Below are positions 38,155 through 48,765 of a stretch of DNA of 64,000 bases, piece by piece. The position numbers were made by a program, and so were the translations under genes. How positions within the stretch are numbered: the first letter of the stretch is position 1; the number at the start of each line of letters is the position of its first letter. The notes beneath the pieces were generated by a model, which saw only the letters and a program-made list of their open reading frames with translations, was not told where the DNA came from and made no database searches. The stretch comes from Candidatus Bathyarchaeota archaeon (lineage in GTDB: Archaea; Thermoproteota; Bathyarchaeia; Bathyarchaeales; Bathycorpusculaceae): the NCBI GenBank assembly GCA_963806535.1, contig CAWDYC010000007.1, positions 224,001 to 288,000 on the forward strand, read 5' to 3'.

Positions 38155-39705
38155 ATGCAAGTAAAATATGACACGATATTGGTTCTTGACTTTGGGGGAC
38201 AATACTGCCATCTTATAGGCAGAAGAATTAGAGAAAACGGCGTCTACTCAGAAATTGTGCCACACGACATATCACCTGAAGAAGTCAAAGCACTAAACGA
38301 AAAATTCAATATTAAAGGCTTAATTTTCTCCGGCGGACCCTCGAGCGTGTATGAACCAAACGCGCCTAAACTTAACCCATGCATTTTAGAAGTTAATCTG
38401 CCCATCTTAGGCTTATGCTATGGCCACCAGCTGTTAGCACAATTGACCAATGGCAAAGTTAAGCCGGCAGCCTGCAAAGAATATGGAATCGCGCAGGTAG
38501 AAGTCGACAAGCCTGTGGGTGTGCTTGAAGGTTTGAGCAAAGAAGAAAAAGTTTGGATGAGCCATGGCGATACAGTTTACGCATTGCCACAAGACTTTGA
38601 AGTTTTAGCGCACACAGATAACTGTCCAGTTGCCGCATTCAGACACAAACAAAAACCGATCTATGGGCTACAATGGCACCCTGAAGTAATCCATACCGAA
38701 AAAGGAGCCCGCATGCTTTACAATTTCATTTTTGAGGTCTGCAAATGCAAAGCCAACTGGAAAGTAGAAGATATAATTGAAAAAATGGTCAAAGAAATAA
38801 AAACTGACGTCGGTTCAGCCACAGCAATAATCGGTTTAAGCGGAGGCATAGACTCAAGCGTTGCCACTGCATTAGCAGCAAAAGCTTTAGGCGACAAACT
38901 TACGGCAGTCTTCGTTGACCACGGATTTATGCGGGAAGGCGAACCCGAAGCCATCAAAGCCACATTCGAGAAATATCCAATAAATTTTGTAGTAGCAAAT
39001 GTTCAAGACCGCTTCATGGAAAAACTCAAGGGAGTGGTTGACCCTGAGAAAAAACGTAAAGTGATCGGGGAAGAGTTCATTAGAGTGTTTGAGGAATTCG
39101 CTAAAAAATCGGGTGCCCAATACCTGCTTCAAGGGACAATTTACCCAGATCGAATTGAGTCGGGTATCCGAAAAAATTCAGATGTGATAAAATCTCATCA
39201 TAACGTTGCAGGATTACCAAAAAATATAGCTTTCAAGAAAATTGTTGAGCCACTCAGGGATCTCTACAAAGATGAAGTGCGTAAAGTTGCAACTATGCTC
39301 AATTTACCCAAAGAACTTGTTAATCGACAGCCTTTTCCAGGACCAGGTTTGGCAGTCCGTATAATAGGCGAGTTAACCCCAGAGAAAGTGAACGTTGCCA
39401 AAAAAGCTGACGCTATTGTTCGCCAAGAAATCGAGAGAAACCACTTAGAAGAAAAACTATGGCAATATTTTGCTGTATTAACCGATACAAAAGCTACAGG
39501 AGTTAAAGGTGACTCAAGGGCTTATGGATATGTAGTAGCTGTTCGCGCGGCAGAAAGCCGAGAAGCCATGACCGCCAACTTTGCGCAAATTCCTTATCCT
39601 GTGCTTGAAAAAATCTCCACAAGAATCACAAATGAAGTTCCACAAGTCACCCGTGTAGTTTATGACATAACTCATAAGCCGCCCGCAACAATTGAGTGGG
39701 AGTAA
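38155..39705 (+). CDS. guaA: GMP synthase, single-chain (GATase + ATPPase)
   Basis: LDFGGQY, GLCYGHQ, QWHPEV, LSGGIDS, IKSHHNV, PFPGPGL, KPPATIEWE. Confidence 0.97.
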   Translation: MQVKYDTILVLDFGGQYCHLIGRRIRENGVYSEIVPHDISPEEVKALNEKFNIKGLIFSGGPSSVYEPNAPKLNPCILEVNLPILGLCYGHQLLAQLTNGKVKPAACKEYGIAQVEVDKPVGVLEGLSKEEKVWMSHGDTVYALPQDFEVLAHTDNCPVAAFRHKQKPIYGLQWHPEVIHTEKGARMLYNFIFEVCKCKANWKVEDIIEKMVKEIKTDVGSATAIIGLSGGIDSSVATALAAKALGDKLTAVFVDHGFMREGEPEAIKATFEKYPINFVVANVQDRFMEKLKGVVDPEKKRKVIGEEFIRVFEEFAKKSGAQYLLQGTIYPDRIESGIRKNSDVIKSHHNVAGLPKNIAFKKIVEPLRDLYKDEVRKVATMLNLPKELVNRQPFPGPGLAVRIIGELTPEKVNVAKKADAIVRQEIERNHLEEKLWQYFAVLTDTKATGVKGDSRAYGYVVAVRAAESREAMTANFAQIPYPVLEKISTRITNEVPQVTRVVYDITHKPPATIEWE

Positions 39706-39759
39706 ATATTCCATAATTCTTTAAATAAAAAGAGCGTCAATACACTACCTTACTGTAAG

Positions 39760-40851
39760 GTGACATCTCTGAAAGCGGTTATCTTAGCTGGCGGCTTCGC
39801 AACAAGACTCAGGCCACTTAGTTGCGCTAGACCTAAAACGCTTTTTCCAATAGTTAACAAACCCTTGCTTGAATGGATTTTTGAAGGATTGGCTGAAAAT
39901 GGTGTTAGCGAAGCAATTTTGGCAGTAAACGCTTTAACGCAATTTCATATAAAACAGCAGAGACCGCGCAAACATGGTTTGAAAATAAGGTTTTCAATTG
40001 ATCCGCATAAAACACCACTAGGAACTGCAGGACCCGTAAAAAAAGCCGAAAAACTGATTGGCCATGATGAACCATTCATTGTTTTGAATGGCGATATTTT
40101 TGCACATTTAAGTTACAAAGAATTGGTTGACACCCATTTAAAATCTAATGCGTTGGCAACTATTGCACTCTGTAAAGTTGATGACCCATCCAGATATGGC
40201 GTGGCCGAAATGGGAAATGACAACCATATCAAGAGATTTATTGAAAAACCACACAGAGACAAAGCTCCTAGCAGCCTCATCAATGCAGGCGTTTACGTTT
40301 TAAGTCCTAAGGTCTTCGATTATGTTCCAGCTGGAAGATCAGTCTCTATGGAGCGAGAAATCTTCCCGAAACTAGCGGAGGAAGGAAAACTTTGTGGTCA
40401 CTTTGTTAATGGATTTTGGATGGATATAGGCAGACCAGAAGAGTATTTGGAAGCAAACAGAATAATTCTTGATTCCATTAGCAAAAAAACTAAACAGAAA
40501 AAAGCAAAAAACTTTGAATTAAGAAATCCTGTAGCCTTTGATAAAGGCGTTTCTATCGGTGAAAACTCACTTATTGGACCGTACGCAATTTTGGGAAAAA
40601 ATGTGATTGTCGGCAAAAATGTACGAATCAACAACTCAGTAATTTTTGCAGACGTAATAATAGGCGATTGCGCCTCAATCGATGGAGCAATAATTGGCGA
40701 AGCAGCAAAAATTGGAAAAAATGTCAAAATTTGCAATGAATGCATAATCGCCGACCATGCAAAGGTAAGAGATAATCTTGAACTCTCAGGGAAAGTATGC
40801 CCAGGTAAAGAAGTGGCTGAAAACGTTTTAAAACCCAAGGTTCATTGTTAG
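39760..40851 (+). CDS. NDP-sugar pyrophosphorylase (mannose-1-phosphate guanylyltransferase-like) with hexapeptide repeats
   Basis: AVILAGGFATRLRPL..PK, LNGD, FIEKP, WMDIG, C-terminal left-handed beta-helix. Confidence 0.9.
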   Translation: MTSLKAVILAGGFATRLRPLSCARPKTLFPIVNKPLLEWIFEGLAENGVSEAILAVNALTQFHIKQQRPRKHGLKIRFSIDPHKTPLGTAGPVKKAEKLIGHDEPFIVLNGDIFAHLSYKELVDTHLKSNALATIALCKVDDPSRYGVAEMGNDNHIKRFIEKPHRDKAPSSLINAGVYVLSPKVFDYVPAGRSVSMEREIFPKLAEEGKLCGHFVNGFWMDIGRPEEYLEANRIILDSISKKTKQKKAKNFELRNPVAFDKGVSIGENSLIGPYAILGKNVIVGKNVRINNSVIFADVIIGDCASIDGAIIGEAAKIGKNVKICNECIIADHAKVRDNLELSGKVCPGKEVAENVLKPKVHC

Positions 40852-40873
40852 ATAACCAAGAGATGCAAAATTT

Positions 40874-42241
40874 ATGAACGAAAGAAAACTTTTCGGAACA
40901 AACGGGATTCGAGGACTAGTTAACATAGAATTAACACCTGAAATGGCAATAAAAGTTGGCTGTGCAATTGGAACTTTTTTTGGAAGAAAAAATTTGCTCT
41001 TAGGATATGATGCAAGAACCAGCGGAACCATGCTTGCAGAAGCTGTTATTTCAGGTTTAACATCTACAGGCTGCAATGTTTTCTTTTCAGGAATGGCACC
41101 CACGCCATCTTTACAATTTGCTGTTAAAAATCACAAATTGGATGGCGGTGTAATAATCACTGCTTCTCATAATCCGCCTGAATATAATGGCATTAAAGTA
41201 ATTTGGAGCGACGGAATTGAAACCTCGCATGAACAAGAAGTTGAAATAGAGAATATTTATTTTGATAATAAAATAGTCTTTGCAGATTGGAATAAACTTG
41301 GAGTCAAACGCGAACTTTCAGGAATCAACGATGAATACGTTCAAGCCATAAAAAAACATGTTAACTCCAAAAAAATAGCTGAAAAACACTTTCATGTCGT
41401 CGTAGATGCAGCAAACAGCGTTGGCGGACTCACAGCGCCACCTTTGCTAAGGGAACTTGGCTGCAAAATAACCACCATCAACGCAAACATTGATGGCACT
41501 TTCCCAGGAAGATTACCTGAACCTAGGCCGGAAAGCCTAACAGATTTATCTTCAACTGTGAAAGCAATCGGCGCAGATATGGGAGTGGCCTTTGACGGTG
41601 ACGCAGACCGTTCAATCTTCACCGATGAAAACGGCACCATCTATTGGGGAGATAAAACCTTTGCAGTTGTCATTAAACAGTTTCTTATCAAAAACCCAGG
41701 CTCAAAAATAGTAACGCCTGTAAGCTCTTCAACGCTTATAAAAGACACTGTTCAAGCCTACAAAGGCGATTTGATTTGGACTAAAGTTGGAAGCGTCACG
41801 GTCTCACAAAAAATGAAAGAGGTAAACGCCAAGTTGGGCGGTGAAGAAAACGGTGGTATCTTCTATGGGCCGCATCAAGCCGTTCGTGATGGCGCAATGA
41901 CAACTGCTCTGCTGCTTAACATAATGGCTGAAACTGGGCAAAAGCTTTCAAAACTTGTTGCTGAACAGCCTCAATACTTTATTGAAAAAGGAAAAATTGA
42001 ATGCCCAGACGAGAAAAAGGAACCACTACTTAAGAAACTCTTAGAACAAGTCAAGGGCGAAAACATTAACACGCTTGATGGAGTAAAAATTTGGTTCAGC
42101 GATAATAGCGCCATTTTGATTAGACCTAGCGGGACGGAAAAAGTGTTCAGGCTCTACGCCGAGGCAAAAAACCAAGCCAAAGCATTAAAGCTAGTCAAAG
42201 ACTATAGTTCGAAACTTGAAAAGATCCTTGAAACCCTTTAA
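40874..42241 (+). CDS. glmM: Phosphoglucosamine mutase / phosphohexomutase
   Basis: FGTNGIRG, TASHNP, DGDADR, GGEENGG, RPSGTE. Confidence 0.9.
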   Translation: MNERKLFGTNGIRGLVNIELTPEMAIKVGCAIGTFFGRKNLLLGYDARTSGTMLAEAVISGLTSTGCNVFFSGMAPTPSLQFAVKNHKLDGGVIITASHNPPEYNGIKVIWSDGIETSHEQEVEIENIYFDNKIVFADWNKLGVKRELSGINDEYVQAIKKHVNSKKIAEKHFHVVVDAANSVGGLTAPPLLRELGCKITTINANIDGTFPGRLPEPRPESLTDLSSTVKAIGADMGVAFDGDADRSIFTDENGTIYWGDKTFAVVIKQFLIKNPGSKIVTPVSSSTLIKDTVQAYKGDLIWTKVGSVTVSQKMKEVNAKLGGEENGGIFYGPHQAVRDGAMTTALLLNIMAETGQKLSKLVAEQPQYFIEKGKIECPDEKKEPLLKKLLEQVKGENINTLDGVKIWFSDNSAILIRPSGTEKVFRLYAEAKNQAKALKLVKDYSSKLEKILETL

Positions 42242-42268
42242 CAAGCCAGCAATTCGGAGAATCATCTA

Positions 42269-43600
42269 ATGCCCGCAGTTCTAAACTTAAAACCCGAAGA
42301 CATTGACACCGTAGAAAAACGCCACAAATATTCTGTAAGCGTAGTAGGATGTGGGCAGAATGGAATCCTCCTCGCCACCGCCTTTGCAGATGCAGGATTC
42401 AAAGTAATTTGCACAGATACCAACCTAAGCATTATAAAAAAAGTCACAAGAGGAAAAACCACCTTTGTTGGACCTGAAATTGAAGGAAAACTAAGAGGCT
42501 TAATCAATTCTGGGCAACTGAACGTTACCAGTGAATTAACAAAAGCAGTGACACAAAGCGATATCATAATCATTACAGTGGCAGCAAAAGTGGATGATAA
42601 GAAGAAAATTGATTATTCAGATGCCTTAGCAATATGTAAGCAAGTTGCCGCAGCAATCCATGCAGGCAGTCTGGTTATTTACTGCAATATAGCTGCTTTC
42701 GGTTTCAATGAAGGAATAATGAAGGAAACATTTGAGAATACTTCAGGTCTCAAAGTGGGTCACGATTTTGGTTTGGCATACATTCCGCTGCAGACCTCAG
42801 ACGCCAAATATACGATTCAGCTATCCAATTTGGAGTTGAAAGTTGCAGTAACTGGAAAAACAAATTTAGATTCAGTGACTAACATTCTGAAGAAAATAAC
42901 TAAAAACGTCAAGCAAATAAATGACATAAAAAAGGCTGAGATAGCAACTCTTTTCACAGTTGCAAAGAAAGATGCAAGTGCGGCTTTAGCAAACGAGTTG
43001 GCTGTTTTCTGTGAAAGTGCAAACATAGACTTCTTTGAAGTTTTGAAATTGTTAGATGTCAATGATCCAAGTTTTTGGCCTACAACAGTTGAAGAAGAAA
43101 ATAAGAACGAAGCATATCTTTTGCTCGAAAGTGCAGAAAACATCAATGCAAAGCTTAGGCTTCCAGTATTGTCTAGGCAAATAAACGAAGATATGGTCAA
43201 ACACGCGGTTAATTTAACGCAAGATGCCTTACGAGCTTGCAATAAAACGCTAAGGCGAGCACGAGTTGCGGTTTTAGGGACCGTGAACCAACCAACAGGC
43301 ATTTTTGTCAAAATGCTGGAATTAAAAGGTGCAAAAGTAAGTCTCTATGATCCACTAGCGAAGAGAGAGTCAATAGATTTGGGAGTGGTTAAGAGCAGCA
43401 GCTTAAATGAGAGCGTTGAAGGGACAGATTGCATAGTATTTCTCACAGGCGAAGACCAGTTTAAAAATTTAAACTTCAAGAAACTGAAGGCGTTAACCAA
43501 AACACCTGCTGTAATTGTAGATTTAGCGGGTGCCTTTGAACCTAAAAAAGTAGAAACAGAAGGTTTCATATACCGAGGGTTAGGTAGAGGTACTGAATAA
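42269..43600 (+). CDS. UDP-glucose/GDP-mannose dehydrogenase family homologue, catalytically degenerate
   Basis: Overall architecture retained (DFGLAY, ALANEL, YDP, YRGLGR), but the catalytic Lys and GGHC Cys are missing. Confidence 0.8.
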   Translation: MPAVLNLKPEDIDTVEKRHKYSVSVVGCGQNGILLATAFADAGFKVICTDTNLSIIKKVTRGKTTFVGPEIEGKLRGLINSGQLNVTSELTKAVTQSDIIIITVAAKVDDKKKIDYSDALAICKQVAAAIHAGSLVIYCNIAAFGFNEGIMKETFENTSGLKVGHDFGLAYIPLQTSDAKYTIQLSNLELKVAVTGKTNLDSVTNILKKITKNVKQINDIKKAEIATLFTVAKKDASAALANELAVFCESANIDFFEVLKLLDVNDPSFWPTTVEEENKNEAYLLLESAENINAKLRLPVLSRQINEDMVKHAVNLTQDALRACNKTLRRARVAVLGTVNQPTGIFVKMLELKGAKVSLYDPLAKRESIDLGVVKSSSLNESVEGTDCIVFLTGEDQFKNLNFKKLKALTKTPAVIVDLAGAFEPKKVETEGFIYRGLGRGTE

Positions 43601-43603
43601 ATT

Positions 43604-44554
43604 ATGAAAAAACTTGGAGTAGCAGTAATCGGAACGGGTTTTTGGGGAAAAAACCACGCAAGAGTCTACAAAGAATTAGCCTCAACAGAATTAATCGCTA
43701 TTTGCGATGTTAATCCTGAAAGAGCTAAAGCTATTGCTGACCAATTCGGCGTGAAAGCATACACTAATAGCGCACGAATGCTGAAAAACAAAGAAATAGA
43801 AGCCATAAGCGTGTGCACATGGTCAACAGTTCTTGCAAAAGAAGCACTCAAAGGACTCAAAGCAGGAAAACATGTTCTCGTTGAGAAACCCATGGCCACC
43901 AACACAAAACAAGCACAAAAATTATGTCAAACCGCACAAGAAAACGGCCTTCATTTAACTGTGGGCTTTCTGATGAGATTTATTCCTGGATTACAAAGTA
44001 TCCGCGATGCAGTTGAAACCAAGAAAATTGGTCAACTAGTATGTGTTAACGCAAAACGCGTTTCTCAATGGCCTGAAAGAATAGGCGACGTTGGAGTAGT
44101 AAAAGACACGGCGATACATGACATAGATGTCATGCGTTTCATATCCAAGCAAGATCCAGTTACTGTTTATGCAAAAATGGGAAGCATGAAATACCGAAAA
44201 TTTGAAGATTACGCTCATATAATGCTCACTTACAAAAGTGGAGAAAGCGCTTTCATAGAATCTAACTGGCTAACACCCTATAAAACTCGAACTTTAACTG
44301 TAACTGGCTCCGATGCCATTATGAGATTAGATTACATAACTCAAGACTTATGGATTGAAAAGCAGAAAGAAAGTGTGCAGCCGAGATATCCGTTTCAAGA
44401 ACCGCTAAAAGCTGAGCTTGAACACTTTGCCGAATGTATACTTGAAAAGAAGAAGCCAGTGATAACCGGTGAAGACGGCGTTAAAGCATTAGGGATTGCT
44501 CAAGCTGCAATGAAATCTTCAGCTAAAAACAGAGCAATAAAGTTAGAAATATAA
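43604..44554 (+). CDS. Gfo/Idh/MocA oxidoreductase (UDP-GlcNAc 3-dehydrogenase-like)
   Basis: GTGFWG, HVLVEKP, DVGVVKDTAIHDID, SNWLTPYK. Confidence 0.9.
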   Translation: MKKLGVAVIGTGFWGKNHARVYKELASTELIAICDVNPERAKAIADQFGVKAYTNSARMLKNKEIEAISVCTWSTVLAKEALKGLKAGKHVLVEKPMATNTKQAQKLCQTAQENGLHLTVGFLMRFIPGLQSIRDAVETKKIGQLVCVNAKRVSQWPERIGDVGVVKDTAIHDIDVMRFISKQDPVTVYAKMGSMKYRKFEDYAHIMLTYKSGESAFIESNWLTPYKTRTLTVTGSDAIMRLDYITQDLWIEKQKESVQPRYPFQEPLKAELEHFAECILEKKKPVITGEDGVKALGIAQAAMKSSAKNRAIKLEI

Positions 44555-44558
44555 AATA

Positions 44559-44828
44559 TTATGTTAGGTTGAAGGGTTTTCCTTCAGCCACAATTTTTTC
44601 TGGAATCTTGGCCTTCCATTTCTTAAAAAACGGCAAGTCATCAGCTGACTTTCGTAGCTCATCAGGTAACATTTCTGGAATTTCATCTCTTATAGGATAC
44701 CAGCGTAAACATTTTGGGCAAACGATTAAGCCTTCAACGATTTCATCTTTTTCTTCAAAAACATGCAGTTCCAGAGGATGATATTTGTCGATGGGGCAAG
44801 CTAAAATTTCCATCAGTTTACGCTTCAT
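44559..44828 (-). CDS. Trm112 family methyltransferase activator
   Basis: LMEILACPIDK..PL, EGLIVCPKC.RWYPIRDEIPEML. Confidence 0.9.
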   Translation of the reverse strand: MKRKLMEILACPIDKYHPLELHVFEEKDEIVEGLIVCPKCLRWYPIRDEIPEMLPDELRKSADDLPFFKKWKAKIPEKIVAEGKPFNLT

Positions 44829-44861
44829 TGTTCATCACGAATTAAATAGTTAACGACCTAG

Positions 44862-45737
44862 CTATAAAAACTTGCTTGGCAACGAAACAACATGTACGTC
44901 TAGAACCGTCTGGTACCAGTTGGGACCAGTGCGTCGAACTTCACGGGAAAAGTTAAAAGTACAGTTTATGCCGAGGCTATCAAGTTTTTCAGCTACCTTC
45001 AATCTGGTTTTTTCAGCTGGATTTTCTTTTCCAACTGCATGCTGGAAATCGTAGTAATGAATCCAACCGCCTTGTTTCTTAAGCGAGCAAAGCGCATGAG
45101 GTAAGTATTCGAGGGCTTTTTCAGGTAGAGGCATCAGAACTCTATCTGCCTTGCCATGCAGGTCTGCTTTGATTATCTCCTTTGAATCACCTAGCAAAGG
45201 TACTACTTTGCCAAAAACTCTGTTAAGTCTAATATTCTCCGTCATATACTGAACCGCCACAGGATTAACATCGATAGAAAAAACCTTCGATTGACCGACT
45301 GTTTTGGCAATTATTATGCTAAAACAGCCAACACCCGCAAACATGTTAACAACAGTTTCATCAGGCTTAACCAAAGATGCAATCCGTGATCGCTCGTGCA
45401 AAAGTCGAGGAGAAAAATAGCAGTTCTCGACATCAACCGAAAACACGCATCCAGATTCCCTATATCTGGTAATTGTTTTGTTCTCTCCCGCTACCAACTT
45501 TAACGTTCTAACCCTAAAATCACCAAAAATGGGACCATTTTGGACAAAAACTGATTTCACACCTTTATGGATGGACATTATTTTGTTTGCGACTGCTTCA
45601 GCGTTAACGTCGTTGTCTTTACGGATTTTAATAATTACAATATCGCCTATTACGTCAAATGAATTGTAAATTTGATCCAAGTCTTGCAACGAGAGATCAT
45701 TTGAAAGTTTTGCTCGGAGCCGTTTCCTCACCTTCAT
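44862..45737 (-). CDS. Trm5/Taw2 (Met-10+) family tRNA methyltransferase
   Basis: FDVIGDI, GDFRVR, YFSPRL..ER, NMFAGVG, DRVLMPLP. Confidence 0.9.
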   Translation of the reverse strand: MKVRKRLRAKLSNDLSLQDLDQIYNSFDVIGDIVIIKIRKDNDVNAEAVANKIMSIHKGVKSVFVQNGPIFGDFRVRTLKLVAGENKTITRYRESGCVFSVDVENCYFSPRLLHERSRIASLVKPDETVVNMFAGVGCFSIIIAKTVGQSKVFSIDVNPVAVQYMTENIRLNRVFGKVVPLLGDSKEIIKADLHGKADRVLMPLPEKALEYLPHALCSLKKQGGWIHYYDFQHAVGKENPAEKTRLKVAEKLDSLGINCTFNFSREVRRTGPNWYQTVLDVHVVSLPSKFL

Positions 45738-45810
45738 ATCGCCATTACTCTCGTGCTATTGGAAATGTTTAAAAGCAAAATACTTTTCTTTGTAGGAAGA
45801 GGCGTTTCTA

Positions 45811-45972
45811 ATGGAAAAGTCAGGAATTGTATATGAATGCATGAGATGTGGGGCGAGAGTGCCGTCTGAAGAGCTTGAACTACGCGGCGGAGAAACAAAG
45901 TGCATCATTTGCGGCTACAGAATTCTGAAGAAGGTTAAACCGCCAGTAGTAAAACGTGTTCAATCAAAATAG
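45811..45972 (+). CDS. rpoP: DNA-directed RNA polymerase subunit P (Rpo12)
   Basis: MEKSGIVYECMRCG...KCIICGYRILKKVKPPVVKRV; below the ORF-track cutoff. Confidence 0.92.
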   Translation: MEKSGIVYECMRCGARVPSEELELRGGETKCIICGYRILKKVKPPVVKRVQSK

Positions 45973-46024
45973 GAAGGGAATACTCGTTTTTTTACGAGTA
46001 GTTTAATTTTTTCAAATAAAATAT

Positions 46025-46336
46025 TTAATAGATTTCCTTGTCTCCAAGTTTGCGTAACGCTTTTCCTTTGAGTCTTATTGAGTCGGTTAAGAAGCCATCT
46101 TCAAAGTCTTTTTCAACGGTTTTGCGTTTGACCATTTCACCGCAAACTCCTCCCGGCAGCAAGCGTCTTTTCATGCACATTGAATATGTGCAGTTTGCTA
46201 TGTCGCACTTTTCTTCTGTCAATCTACATCCAACGGAGTCTCGGCGGAAGAAGACGTTATTTTGTGCGCACTTAAAAGAGTTGCATGTTGGAGAACAAGT
46301 CTTTGATTGAGCCAATAGATACACCTCAATTGTCAA
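46025..46336 (-). CDS. Cys-rich hypothetical protein
   Basis: Eight Cys in the N-terminal two thirds; convergent with rpoP across a TACTCGT/ACGAGTA hairpin. Confidence 0.65.
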   Translation of the reverse strand: MTIEVYLLAQSKTCSPTCNSFKCAQNNVFFRRDSVGCRLTEEKCDIANCTYSMCMKRRLLPGGVCGEMVKRKTVEKDFEDGFLTDSIRLKGKALRKLGDKEIY

Positions 46337-46426
46337 ATCAAAATTTTAGTTTGTTTGTCTTTGTATTTGCTTATGTTCATTGGAGGCAATATAAACTTTT
46401 TTCCAAATAAGGGGATAATTACTCAT

Positions 46427-48553
46427 TTAGGGGGTTTGGGTATGTTTGACTCTTTTTCGTCGATAGATTTCCACAATTGCCAACAAGACTACGGCTATTA
46501 ATATTACAATTAGCGCGATCAATGAACTTACAGGAATCAATAGTGACCCGAGTGCAACATACCTTTCAATTTTTACCTGAATGGAAGTAGGTTGATTAAC
46601 GCTGACAGCCATAGCCTGATAATCATTTTGTGCTCCGGAAGCAAAAGTTATTACCTGCATATCGCCTCCAACGACGTTGTCGAAAATTGCAGTTCCATCA
46701 CCTTTAGTCACAGCTGAAAAACGTTCAGTTGCTGGACCATTCAAAGTGACATTAGCATTTGAGATTGGGCTGCCGAAAAAGTCAACAACCTTTACTGATA
46801 CTTGGATGCCATAGAGAGTACATTGTATTTGTTTTTGAGTAGCACCAAAAATCTCGAGGCTTGTTTGATTTATGAGTATATTATCTTTGTAGAATCTTGC
46901 TCGGTACAATCCAAAGCTAACCTGAGTTGTGACTGACCCTGAATTATCAGTTGTTGCCGCATAGAATATTCCTGTTGTTTGTTCAACGAGCTCTAGTCGC
47001 GTGTTTGGAATTGCTGCGTGGTTATTGCCAACAATATTAATGGTTAATGTTTCGCTTGGGCAAATAATAACTAAGTTTGTCATGGCTTGCGCCGGGATGT
47101 TATTAAAAGTACTATTGCCGGAATTGAAAACTGTGTTGTATAATGAAGCTTCCACAGTATAACTTATCCCGGTTAGGGTGGAGTTCAGCTTGAAAGTTCC
47201 TGAGTAATCTGTTTGACCAGTAACATTTCCTGTTTTGATAGAACCGCCGCTCGCCGGTTGATATTGATAAGTAATGGATAAATTAACATATGGCAAAGAG
47301 ACACCATTTTGGTTTTGAACCACAATTTTAAGATCTGTTAATTGACATGCAAAGTTGAAAGCCCCGTTACCAACAACGGTTATGTCTGTTGAGCCAACAT
47401 TAACGCCATTCAAAAGCCCTGTCAAAGTATAGGTTCCAGCTTCAAGATTCAGATACAGTAGCCCATCGGATCCACTTATGTTACTGTATTGATTATTGGT
47501 TACTTTATCTGTAGCTTGAACTGTTATTTGAGGAACAATCTCACTAGCTAAGTTTAGAGTTTTAATCTGAACAGAATACCCATTTATCGAAAATGTCTGC
47601 GAATCTTGAATTGCTTTTGCGGCGCCTGAAGGAGTTATTGTCACCTTATAGACCCCAATTGCGGCATTTGACGGAACTGTCCACGTTTTTGTCATAATAC
47701 CGTCGGCTGACGCCGTAATTGGCACAGAATCCAGAGAGGTACCACTTGAATTGTCAACAACACTTAATGTACCAGCCTGATTAGGTTGATAACCAACTGC
47801 GCGTATTGAAACTGGTTGACTTCTATGATAAGTGGTTGAATCAAGAATATCAACTGAAAAATCAGTTTTTGCCAAACTGTCAGTCTTATTAAAATAGGCT
47901 GTATAGGAACCAGAGTAATCTGTGAGTGAACCACTCGGCTGGAAACTGCTATCAGGATAAGTAATTTGTACACTTGCAGTTCCTTTTTGATTGGCGGTTC
48001 CAAGTGTAACTATTTTTGAGTATTCTGTGCTGAGTGGGCTTGGAAGTACTACAGAAACATCAGCTATGTAGGAAGCGCCTACATTTCCTCCTGTTACCGC
48101 CACATTAAGCACTTCAGTGCTGCCTTCTTGGATTTGAGAGGAACCCGCGGATATGGTATAATTAGTTTGAACTTGGAAAGTGTTTTCAGTTGAATTAATA
48201 TTAGCACTATAATCTCTAAGTCTTAAAGCATAAGAGCCACTTGCAACTTCAGGTATAGAAAAATTTGCATTCACATAATATCCTTGAGATTGACCACTTG
48301 CAACGACTTGGCTAGCAAATATTACTTGGTAGCTACCGTTGCTCGTATAAATCGTTCCTTGAAGATTCAAGGCGTCACCAACCGATCCGGACGTCGTGCT
48401 TTGTCCCTGTGAAACCGTTGATCCTGCCGGAGCAACCTGAAGAATACTTACGCCTAGATTTTGGTTCTGACCCAGAACTAGCCCGAGGGGGGCTACTGCA
48501 ACAGCAATGCACATTAAAACTAATAGGTTAACTGCAACAATTTTTTTATTCAA
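46427..48553 (-). CDS. Membrane-anchored surface protein with carboxypeptidase-regulatory/Ig-like repeats
   Basis: Signal peptide, S/T/N-rich beta-sandwich repeats (TD..G motifs), C-terminal TM helix plus RRKR. Confidence 0.82.
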   Translation of the reverse strand: MNKKIVAVNLLVLMCIAVAVAPLGLVLGQNQNLGVSILQVAPAGSTVSQGQSTTSGSVGDALNLQGTIYTSNGSYQVIFASQVVASGQSQGYYVNANFSIPEVASGSYALRLRDYSANINSTENTFQVQTNYTISAGSSQIQEGSTEVLNVAVTGGNVGASYIADVSVVLPSPLSTEYSKIVTLGTANQKGTASVQITYPDSSFQPSGSLTDYSGSYTAYFNKTDSLAKTDFSVDILDSTTYHRSQPVSIRAVGYQPNQAGTLSVVDNSSGTSLDSVPITASADGIMTKTWTVPSNAAIGVYKVTITPSGAAKAIQDSQTFSINGYSVQIKTLNLASEIVPQITVQATDKVTNNQYSNISGSDGLLYLNLEAGTYTLTGLLNGVNVGSTDITVVGNGAFNFACQLTDLKIVVQNQNGVSLPYVNLSITYQYQPASGGSIKTGNVTGQTDYSGTFKLNSTLTGISYTVEASLYNTVFNSGNSTFNNIPAQAMTNLVIICPSETLTINIVGNNHAAIPNTRLELVEQTTGIFYAATTDNSGSVTTQVSFGLYRARFYKDNILINQTSLEIFGATQKQIQCTLYGIQVSVKVVDFFGSPISNANVTLNGPATERFSAVTKGDGTAIFDNVVGGDMQVITFASGAQNDYQAMAVSVNQPTSIQVKIERYVALGSLLIPVSSLIALIVILIAVVLLAIVEIYRRKRVKHTQTP

Positions 48554-48765
48554 ACCACTCTGCTCTCCCGATTAACAGCTGTCTATTTTTGTAATGACTC
48601 ATGATTTAACTAAAGATGATTTTAAACTTTGCCGTTTAAATGCTTCATACGAGGCTTGAACATATTAACACAAATTGGAATTAATCAGATTGATAGGAAA
48701 AATTCATTTTAACAGCGGGATTTTAATAGACTGAGTTCCTTAGGTTAAACAAATTCGGTGAAAAT

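Noticed and set aside
38155-39705. Single-chain GuaA as a novelty
   Set aside because: Both fused and split forms occur in archaea; not distinctive without phylogeny.
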